Shown here piece by piece: positions 1 to 8,300 of a stretch of DNA of 53,024 nucleotides (within the stretch, counting starts at the first letter, position 1; every line of letters begins with the position of its first letter). This DNA is from a virus. Its lineage: Duplodnaviria > Caudoviricetes. Location of the stretch: positions 1 through 53,024 of the IMG/VR virus record IMGVR_UViG_3300037961_002462; one strand, 5' to 3'. The translations under genes were made by a program, and so were the position numbers. The notes under the pieces are model-generated. The model was not told the origin of the DNA, made no database searches, and saw only the letters and a program-made list of their open reading frames with translations.

Positions 1-1
1 A

Positions 2-142
2 AACAAAGCTGATGAAGTAGCTAAAGAAGTAGCAAGAATCGCTGCAACTGCAAGCGGAGCTGTTACAATAGCTGATAGTTTAAACAATGTATTTGCTCAC
101 GCAGACATAACTGCTGTGGCGAACTATGCTAAATCCGCATAA
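2..142 (+). CDS. 3' end of a truncated ORF (...ADEVAKEVARIAATASGAVTIADSLNNVFAHADITAVANYAKSA*), probably a small virion protein
   Basis: Open frame from the window edge to TAA at 140-142. Ala/Val/Thr-rich composition like neighbouring structural genes. Confidence 0.6.
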   Translation, partial: NKADEVAKEVARIAATASGAVTIADSLNNVFAHADITAVANYAKSA

Positions 143-157
143 TAACAATTAATTAAC

Positions 158-195
158 GGAGGTCTGTAGAAGATTGTGCCTTAATGCAGGCCTCC
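158..195 (+). terminator. Intergenic stem-loop (terminator or processing/stabilising hairpin)
   Basis: GGAGGTCTGTA...TGCAGGCCTCC pairs fully only with G-U wobbles on the + strand and is followed by TATTT. Confidence 0.6.
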
Positions 196-223
196 TATTT
201 ATAAACTTTAAAAATTTAAAAAA

Positions 224-778
224 ATGGCAATAAAATTTGATTTTAACAAACTAAGAACTGCAATTAGAGGTTTTTTACCTGGTTCTCAATCTGACGGTTC
301 CGCGGTTGCAAGTGGAAAAGAAGCTATCTTTGTTCCACAATTAAGAGCAGCAAAAGCTAACATTATTACATGGAGTTCTGCTTTGAGTATAGAGAACGGT
401 GATAGTGGTAGTATCGTTGTAACAGGTGATACTAGTGCTGGTATCTTGACTTTACCAACTGCTGCTCAAGCAGGAGCTGGTTGGTATGTAGATATCATGA
501 TAAATCACGCTCAAGCTTCTAATGCGACACACATTACAGTTGGTGATGGTTACTTTATTGGAGGACTTGTCCTTGTTGATAAAGATACTTCCGATAAATC
601 AGAACATTTTAATTCTGACAATGACAGTAATGATTTTATTAATTTAGACGCTGCTACAAAGGGTAACGACCCAGGTGGTCATATTCGAATAGTATGTGAT
701 GGAACTAATTGGTTAGTTTCTGGAGTACTAGTTGGAGATGGTACATTGGCTACACCTTTTGCTGATGCTGAATCTTAA
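224..778 (+). CDS. Putative capsid-associated/decoration protein (beta-rich, 184 aa)
   Basis: Gly/Asp/Thr-rich beta-strand pattern (LTLPTAAQAGAGW...GGHIRIVCDGTNWLVSG). Lies in the head-gene region between hairpins, with an A-rich start context. Confidence 0.45.
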   Translation: MAIKFDFNKLRTAIRGFLPGSQSDGSAVASGKEAIFVPQLRAAKANIITWSSALSIENGDSGSIVVTGDTSAGILTLPTAAQAGAGWYVDIMINHAQASNATHITVGDGYFIGGLVLVDKDTSDKSEHFNSDNDSNDFINLDAATKGNDPGGHIRIVCDGTNWLVSGVLVGDGTLATPFADAES

Positions 779-788
779 TAGATAATTA

Positions 789-822
789 GAGTTTAGGGGG
801 AGTTTAGGCTCCCCCAAATTCT
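789..822 (+). terminator. Intrinsic terminator-like hairpin
   Basis: GGGGGAG-TTTAGG-CTCCCCC stem (796-815), extendable by GAGTTT/AAATTC, directly after the stop codon. Confidence 0.65.
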
Positions 823-835
823 TAAAACGAAGACC

Positions 836-1039
836 ATGAATTTAATGAAATATTTACAAGATTTATCAGGTGACCCAGATTACTTAAAAAAGAAAGCTGC
901 AGAAGCTGATAAAAACAAAAAAAGATTTTACATAGGCGGGCAGTCTGGATTCAAATGGAGAACAGAGTCTGCCAATAAAACATGGGTAGAAAACGGAAGA
1001 ATAATTAAAGAAAATAAGGGTAAGAAATTATCCAAATAA
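836..1039 (+). CDS. Small basic hypothetical protein (67 aa)
   Basis: ORF track; fills the gap on the coding strand; Lys-rich. Confidence 0.6.
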   Translation: MNLMKYLQDLSGDPDYLKKKAAEADKNKKRFYIGGQSGFKWRTESANKTWVENGRIIKENKGKKLSK

Positions 1040-1068
1040 ATAGGGAGTATTAATAAAAAATAAATAAA

Positions 1069-1806
1069 ATGAAACACATCGTATTAATTAAAGCAAGAAA
1101 ACCAGAAAAATTTAATTACTGTAAGTTTGGTACTTACAAAGATAAAAGAGGTAAAATACAAAAATTAATAGACATAAATGGATTAGAAACAAGTGGATAT
1201 GAAATGTTTAACGCAGTTGTATCACTTAATATAAATGACGAGTACGACAAGTCTGTATATGAGTTTTTAAAAGACCATCCTCTAATAAAAAAGTTTATAG
1301 TTGAAGATGTGTCTGCAACAGAAAGACAGAATGCAGAAACATCAATTTTGTCAGCACAAGCTGTGACAACAGCTTCACAACTAAAAGAACAAGAATTAAA
1401 AGATTTTGCTTTATTACTTGGACTGGATAGTACTTTACAAGAAATGTTGTTAAGAGCTAAAATAATACAACACGCGAGTACAAAACCAGCAAAGTTCTTA
1501 GAACAATTAAACGACATTGATAAAGAACATAGAATATTTTTGAAAAAAGCTTTTAATGAAAAACTTTTAACAAAAGTAAATGGTGTATGGAAACATAATA
1601 CACTTAATATAGGTATGACAGATGACCAGGCTATTGTATGGTTAAAAGATAATGGTGATACATACGCATTATTAAAACACCAACTTAGAACTGGAGTAAC
1701 ACCTGTAGAAGAAACTATTGAATTAGAAGAAGTGGAACAACATCCACTAAGAGCTGGTTCTGCAATTTCTGAAATAGAAAAAGAAATAGATAATTTAAAA
1801 AAGTAA
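1069..1806 (+). CDS. Conserved crAss-like head-module protein of unknown function (245 aa)
   Basis: Long ORF with strong A-rich start. Its position ahead of ring-protein genes matches the crAss-like gene order downstream of the major capsid gene (synteny inference). Confidence 0.5.
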   Translation: MKHIVLIKARKPEKFNYCKFGTYKDKRGKIQKLIDINGLETSGYEMFNAVVSLNINDEYDKSVYEFLKDHPLIKKFIVEDVSATERQNAETSILSAQAVTTASQLKEQELKDFALLLGLDSTLQEMLLRAKIIQHASTKPAKFLEQLNDIDKEHRIFLKKAFNEKLLTKVNGVWKHNTLNIGMTDDQAIVWLKDNGDTYALLKHQLRTGVTPVEETIELEEVEQHPLRAGSAISEIEKEIDNLKK

Positions 1807-1812
1807 TAACGA

Positions 1813-2415
1813 ATGACACTCACAGATGCGTACGAATATTTAGATTTATTATTAGATAAAGCAAATCAACCATATTTTCAAGATGATGAAAAAGATAAAT
1901 TTATCAATATGTCTATAACAGAGTTTTTAAACTCTAGGTATGCTCTTATGAGAATAAATCAAGATTATTCTGAAATAATTGGAAATAGATATTCAGCAAC
2001 TGAAAGTACTGGTAATGTTACAGCGTCAACAGATAGTGTTACATTTGATATATCCTATTTACACTTAACAAATGCTGTGTTAAATGGTGTAACATGTAAA
2101 ATAGTATCAGATGACGAATTTAGTGAATTAACACGTACAAGTAATCCGTTTAAAAGTGTAGACGAAAACAATCCAATATGTGCGGTAACACAGGAATCAG
2201 GAGAACCTAAGTTATTCTTTAATAATGGCGGGTCTATTGACTTTACATCTACTGACGAGTTCAGTATAAGATTTTTATCACACCTAACTGTTAGTGAGTG
2301 GGAAGATATTCCAGAACATTATCAACATGATATTCTAAAAATAGTTGTAAGAAAAATGACAGCTAATATTGAAAATCCAAATTATCAGATAATAAACGCA
2401 GAACAAAAACAATAA
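1813..2415 (+). CDS. Tail ring/adaptor protein (P22 gp4/T7 gp11-like, crAss ring family)
   Basis: N-terminal helical pattern MT..AYEYLDLLLDK...EKDKFIN and C-terminal IPEHYQHDILKIVV, typical of podoviral ring proteins. Confidence 0.6.
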   Translation: MTLTDAYEYLDLLLDKANQPYFQDDEKDKFINMSITEFLNSRYALMRINQDYSEIIGNRYSATESTGNVTASTDSVTFDISYLHLTNAVLNGVTCKIVSDDEFSELTRTSNPFKSVDENNPICAVTQESGEPKLFFNNGGSIDFTSTDEFSIRFLSHLTVSEWEDIPEHYQHDILKIVVRKMTANIENPNYQIINAEQKQ

Positions 2416-2417
2416 TT

Positions 2418-2495
2418 CAGGGTAAAAATATTTTGCTCCCTGTGCAAAGGAAATAGGTCTAAACATTAATTTGTGAGGGCCTATTTCTGTTTATT
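2418..2495 (+). terminator. Tandem hairpins; second is terminator-like
   Basis: CAGGG...CCCTG (2418-2442), then GGAAATAGGTCT/GGGCCTATTTCT (2449-2488) with G-U pairs, followed by GTTTATT. Confidence 0.6.
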
Positions 2496-2508
2496 GAGAT
2501 AAAATTTG

Positions 2509-2516
2509 TAATTTTG
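2509..2516 (+). promoter_or_regulatory. Bacteroidota sigma-70 -7 promoter element (TAnnTTTG)
   Basis: TAATTTTG ends 16 nt upstream of ATG 2533, immediately after a terminator. Confidence 0.55.
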
Positions 2517-2532
2517 TAAATAATATACACAT

Positions 2533-3414
2533 ATGGCAACATTAAACGAAATAGCATACAATATTAAAGAATTAATGTCTGGTGGTGACGAGAAGTTGGA
2601 AAACAACATAGACACAAGACAAATAAAATATTGGGTACATTATCATAGAGCAAAAATAATAGAGGAAAAATTAAAATCGAGACAACCTATAGACAGAAGA
2701 TACATACAACCTATAGCGTCAGAAAGAATAGAATATTCAGATAAAGACGAGTTATATGGTAATCAATCTTCTTTATCAAATTCTGTAGAAGATAGTTATG
2801 GTTTTGCTTTGAATGATTATAATGGTGTAGACTGGAATGAAGGTAAACAGTTTAATACATTTTCTAAACACCTAGCTATACCAAGTACTATAAATGTAGG
2901 AAATATAGATGGTGTAACAGATATTAGATTAAGAAAAAGAGTAATAAGTTCATCAGGTGGTTCTACTACATTTGGTAGGTGGACTGGTTGGAAAAAACTA
3001 ACTATAAAATCAAAAGATGATGTAAAATTTGCATGGGCTAATAAATTTACAAAAACTTTAGAACCATACGCCGTATTGTATACAGACCTCAATAATTTAA
3101 ATTTAGAAATATCAGGATTAAGGTATCAGGTTGTAGAAAATAACAATACAAACATATACGATTATTGGGTTGATGTTTGGGGTATATTAACAGACCCAAC
3201 ACAAGCAAAAAAAGTACAAAGTGTATCTAGTGGTGTAACGACATACGAAAACTTTAGTCATAGTAGTAGTTACTATCCGATAGCCGAGGAAGATATACCA
3301 TTGTTAAATTCAAGAGTAGCAGAAGTAGAAATGAATCTTGTATTAAAAACACCTAATGATTTAGTAGAAGACAATGTGGATACAACAAAAATAAAGATAG
3401 GTAATGAGCAGTAA
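2533..3414 (+). CDS. Tail ring protein (crAss-like ring family, 293 aa)
   Basis: MATLNEIAYNIKELMSGG...IDTRQIKYWVHYHRAKII start and YPI.E..IP...PND end resemble crAss-like ring proteins; precedes the IHF-like gene. Confidence 0.6.
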   Translation: MATLNEIAYNIKELMSGGDEKLENNIDTRQIKYWVHYHRAKIIEEKLKSRQPIDRRYIQPIASERIEYSDKDELYGNQSSLSNSVEDSYGFALNDYNGVDWNEGKQFNTFSKHLAIPSTINVGNIDGVTDIRLRKRVISSSGGSTTFGRWTGWKKLTIKSKDDVKFAWANKFTKTLEPYAVLYTDLNNLNLEISGLRYQVVENNNTNIYDYWVDVWGILTDPTQAKKVQSVSSGVTTYENFSHSSSYYPIAEEDIPLLNSRVAEVEMNLVLKTPNDLVEDNVDTTKIKIGNEQ

Positions 3415-3799
3415 ATATAAACACAAGTATGTTCAAGTACGAGAAATGTACAAGAATGTTAGAGATAAATTAATAAAGAAAATAGATTACAGTACATTTT
3501 ACAAAATAGTAAAAAGATATTTTGAAATAGTATTGAGAGATTTAGTTGTAAAAGAAGATAAAATATATTTACCTAATAAAATGGGTTATGTATATTTAGA
3601 CAAAAGAAAACATAAAAGAGCTTTTCACGTGCGCGTGGACCAGAAAGCAAGTAAAGAGAAAGGGGAGTTAGTAAAATATAAGGTTCCTATACTAGACGAT
3701 TTTTATCATAAACTTGTATGGGTAAGACCTAAACAATATAAGAATTGTAAGATAATGCCACTAGGTATATATAAAAGAGTAATTAATAATTTAAAATAA
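3404..3799 (+). CDS. IHF/HU-like basic protein of the crAss-like tail module
   Basis: Very basic; helix followed by IYLPNKMGYVYL beta-turn of HU/IHF fold; conserved location just before Ttub/Tstab in crAss-like phages. Confidence 0.6.
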   Translation: MSSKYKHKYVQVREMYKNVRDKLIKKIDYSTFYKIVKRYFEIVLRDLVVKEDKIYLPNKMGYVYLDKRKHKRAFHVRVDQKASKEKGELVKYKVPILDDFYHKLVWVRPKQYKNCKIMPLGIYKRVINNLK

Positions 3800-3805
3800 A
3801 AAATT

Positions 3806-4267
3806 ATGGCAGATACTGATGTAAATGCAGGCACCCTAACAGTTACAATAACAGAAGCCTTATCAGTTGGACATGATGTTTCTGGTAATGATAGAGACTT
3901 TGCACAAACATGCACACATACATTTGCTTCAATAGCTAATGTTTCTAAAAGAGTATTAAAACTAGCAAACACAAATCTAACTGAAGTTGCAACATTTGGT
4001 TCTGCAGAATCTGTAGGAACATTTAAAAGAGCAGATGTAAAATATATAAGAGTTACTAATTTAGACGGAACAGACGCTTTACAAGTTGGATTAGATGATG
4101 AAGATTCAGACGCAGCTTACACATCACTAGCTCCAGCTACAAGTATTATGTATACAGGAACTACGGTAGAAGGTGGTAACGGAGGTTCGACATTAGACAA
4201 TGCTACTGCATTAAAAGTAAAAGGAGTGGCTGGTCATCAATTAGAAGTATTTATAGCGTCAGTATAA
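3806..4267 (+). CDS. Small beta-sandwich virion protein, paralogue family member 1
   Basis: YIRVTNLD motif shared with 37963 (YVKNLD) and 38368 (FIKNVD); Thr/Ala/Gly-rich. Confidence 0.5.
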   Translation: MADTDVNAGTLTVTITEALSVGHDVSGNDRDFAQTCTHTFASIANVSKRVLKLANTNLTEVATFGSAESVGTFKRADVKYIRVTNLDGTDALQVGLDDEDSDAAYTSLAPATSIMYTGTTVEGGNGGSTLDNATALKVKGVAGHQLEVFIASV

Positions 4268-4271
4268 AATT

Positions 4272-5348
4272 ATGTACGTACATATAGAAAGAATATATAA
4301 TACAGTAGCACGTAACTTAGGATTAAAAGATTACAGTTCACACATCAACAGTTGGGTGGAATGGGCTTTCGAAGCAGAATTACTTATAGGTAGTAGAGAT
4401 ACTTTTGAAGAAATCGAGTCTACATTTACAGCTACAGGTGAAGCGGCTACAGGTACTATCACATTTACAGCTAATCCATCATATGGGGACAGTATAACGC
4501 TTAATGGAGTTACAATATTTTTTAGAGATGGTGGTACTCCTGCAACAAATTTAAATCAACAAAACGAAACTAACACGGTACGTATACAATCTACATTAGC
4601 AGAAACCTTAACAGAGTTAGCTGCAGAGTTAAATGGTACGACTACAACTAATACAGCAAGTTCACCAGGTCTTGTATATGCAAATCTGTTAGAAAATTGT
4701 ACATATACAGTAGATTCAACTACACTTACTATTACAGCAGACGAAGTAGGATTACATGGTAATAAGTTTACCTTATCTTCTAATGAGGTAAATGCAAAAT
4801 GTAGTGGTAGTCATTTAACAGGAGGTAAAGGAATATATGCAAATCAACAATTAAGATTACCAGACAATTTAGTAAAATTACTAGGCGTACGTGTAGGTAA
4901 AGGAGACACAAAACATAAACACAGAGAGTTATTTAAACCCACAGCTGTACATAAAGGTAGAGTTGGTATGAATGACGATGAAACAGACCAAAAGTCCCTT
5001 AGATACTATGTTAGGGGTAATAGACTTAATGTACAACATGATGAGTTTATAGAAATAACAATAGTATATTCTGCGTATCCTACAGATTCTAATGGTTTTC
5101 CCATGATTAAAGAAAGTCACGCTACTGCTGTAGCACAATATATAATGTGGCAATATAAAAACATAGAATTTATAAATGGACAATTACCTATGTATATTGT
5201 AAAAGAAATAGAAAAAAGGTGGTATTTTTTATGTAGTAAAGCAAGAGGTGATGATAATATGCCGACATCAGAAGAACTAAAACAAATTGGTAGAATATGG
5301 AATACATTAGTTCCATTGAATAACAATAGAGGATTAATTGACTTTTAA
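4272..5348 (+). CDS. Tail tubular/ring protein (Ttub) with an inserted beta-domain
   Basis: N-terminal ..WVEWAFEAELLIG and C-terminal Y.AYPTDSNGFPMI...AVAQYIMW...WYFLC..ARG..MP pattern of crAss Ttub; immediately upstream of Tstab. Confidence 0.7.
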   Translation: MYVHIERIYNTVARNLGLKDYSSHINSWVEWAFEAELLIGSRDTFEEIESTFTATGEAATGTITFTANPSYGDSITLNGVTIFFRDGGTPATNLNQQNETNTVRIQSTLAETLTELAAELNGTTTTNTASSPGLVYANLLENCTYTVDSTTLTITADEVGLHGNKFTLSSNEVNAKCSGSHLTGGKGIYANQQLRLPDNLVKLLGVRVGKGDTKHKHRELFKPTAVHKGRVGMNDDETDQKSLRYYVRGNRLNVQHDEFIEITIVYSAYPTDSNGFPMIKESHATAVAQYIMWQYKNIEFINGQLPMYIVKEIEKRWYFLCSKARGDDNMPTSEELKQIGRIWNTLVPLNNNRGLIDF

Positions 5349-5350
5349 AA

Positions 5351-8300
5351 ATGGCAGAACAAAGAGGAAATAAACCTGTATCACAACCACAAGCTTTTAC
5401 AGGTGGTATGGTATCGGACGCTAATCCAAGATTTCAACCAAAAGGTAGTTATAGAGACGCTTTAAATATTCGTATAATAAACGATGAAGGAAATACGTTT
5501 AGTGTAGAAAATATAGAGGGTAACAAAAAGTTTTTAGATTTAACAGATATTGATATATTCAAAGACCCTAAAACATTAGATAGTAATAATAATGAAGTAG
5601 GTCCAGGAACGCCAACAGGAGGTTTGTCAACATTTAACAGTCACGACGCTTCTATAGTTGGACACTATTCTTATAGTTCTAATGTAATTTTTATTGTACT
5701 GAAAACTGTAAGTAATTACGATTGGGATGCAGTAACAGAAACTATATTTTTAGATGTAAAATTTAATGCAAATTTAGAGGTAGAATCAGTTACAGACTTA
5801 TATGTTTGTTACGACCATCAAAATGTGAGTCGGTATCCTAGATTGAACATGAGATTAGACCACCCAGTAAGAGTGGAGGGTTTAATAGAAAACGAATGTA
5901 TATCTAGAATATATTGGACAGACAACATAAATCCTTTGCGTTCTCTAAATATAAATCAAAGAGGTAAAAATTTATTGTCACCAGATGTTTTAGATTTAAC
6001 ACCAATGCATAGTCCATCACAGCCTGTGATTGAAAGAACATTGTCTGGAAGTTTACCAATAGGTAAAATACAGTATTGTTATAAATATGTGTCTAGGAAT
6101 GGTGGAGAATCTGTAATGAGTCCATTCAGTAATTTATACCACACAACAAATAAGTCTGGTACATACTCTGGTTTCTACGGAGCGCCATCAGGTGACCCAG
6201 CGGTAGATGTCGGAGCTCAGGGTTTCGAAATAACTATATATGACTTAGACGATAGTTTTGATGCTATTGAACTATACGCTATATTACATGAACAAAATAA
6301 TGGTGGTATACGTGTCGCATTTGTTTCAGTACAAAACTATCAACCTAATTCTACTGAGGTTACATTTTCACATACTAATTGGAGTGGAGATTTAGAAAAC
6401 GGTATAGACGCTATATTAATAGAAAATAATACTTGGGATGTAACAAAAGATATAGCTATTAAGGATAATATTTTATTTGCTGGTAATTTAAGAACAAGAG
6501 ACAACTCCATATCTGAAAGAGAATGGAATGTTAAAGTTAGGAGGTATAATGTTGTAGAACCAAGTGGTTCAGGAAATGTAGGTAGAATAACAACAACAGA
6601 TTCAGATATAAAAGAATATCAAAAAACTAGTGGTGTAGTAACTGAAGTTACACCTTCATTAGGACAGACATGGGATGATGGTAGTCCGAAATGGAGAACA
6701 TACAAAGGTCAAGGTTCGATAAGTACAAACTCTAATATAAGAGATGATGGTCGTGTAGATGTGCAAAAAAAACAATCACACGAATTTAGATATTTAAGTG
6801 ATGGTATAACTTTGGGAGCTGAAAGTTATAATTATGATTCTAATGAACTTGGTGGATGTAGAATAACTTTTGGTATACGAGAAAGAGAGTTAGATAGTCA
6901 AAATAATACAAATAAAATTCCTTTTATAAATGCGGGGTCGTATCAAGATATACAAACAGACAATATAACCGATGGAGGTACAAATAATACAGATAATGTG
7001 TATCAATCAAGTATAAATCTTGGTGGCTCTAAAGACCCAGCTATAGGAGACAGAGTGGGATACAGAAGAGGAGAATTATATAGATTTGGTGTACAAATAT
7101 ATGATAAAAAGGGGAGGCCAGGAAACGTCTTATGGATAGGTGATATAGAAATGCCAGAACAATACGACCCATTAAGAATGTTAAGGACTAATGCAAGTAC
7201 GTATTCTCCAGACCTTTCTACCTCAGATTTACTAAGTAACAGTTTGTTAAAATCCTCGAAGTATGCACAGGACCACAGAACAAGTTTTATTTATGGTTCA
7301 GTAGTACCAGGTTGTGAGGTAGCGTGGCTTACTAAAGCAAACAATTATACAAAAAGATTTCAAACACCAGGCGCTCAATTAACATATGGAACAAATTATA
7401 ATGATATAAATATATCACCAAACACAATTACCAATAGTGGAGGTGGTGTAGATTTGCATGAAACATATGTTAATTTAAATGGTAGTTCTACACATGGAGA
7501 TATATCAGTGCCTACACCAAAAACTATAGCTGCCCAAGCGAGTGTTTCAAATAGTGCAAGGCCAAAAGAATTTACTTTTAGACAGTCGATGACTGGACAT
7601 GATGACACGCATTACGCGCTAGACCTGTACGTAAACTTTGAATTTAGAATACCAGAAGATGTAAGAGATAAAATTTCAGGATTTAGAGTTGTTAGAGCTG
7701 AGCGAACTAGTTCAGATAAAAGTATAATACAACAAGGAATTTTAAATCAAACAATTGCATATGGTCATACAAAATTAAGCCGTGGTTACGACCAAATGTC
7801 AAAAATAAAAAGTGAACATCATGCAGACGGAACGGACGCTATAGCAAATGATGATAATAGTGAACCTACAAAACATCTCAATTATGACAGTTATTTAAAT
7901 GGGTACATAGGTTTAGCTGAAAATTCTAATTATGCAAGACAGGAAGTAAATTATAGTGAGGGAACAAAACTTATAACAGGAGCTGACCAGGATAACAATG
8001 TATTTGGTAAAAGTGACTATGAAGAAGCCAGTGTACATGGAACGGGTGGCGCGATGGTTTACCATCGTGATTCAGACTATACTAAGTTTAATTCAGGAGA
8101 CACTAGAACACCAGGTACACAACATAAACAGAGAAGACATAGCGCTTACTTTGGTAGTTACGAAGTTATACCTAATACTGACTATCAGAAAGTTTTAAAT
8201 TTAGAAGCTGGTGTAGATGGCACTGGTAACACTACAACTTACCCTGAACATGTAAGTCAGGGAGGTATCTCTCTGCCTGTACAGGGAAGTATATTTACAT

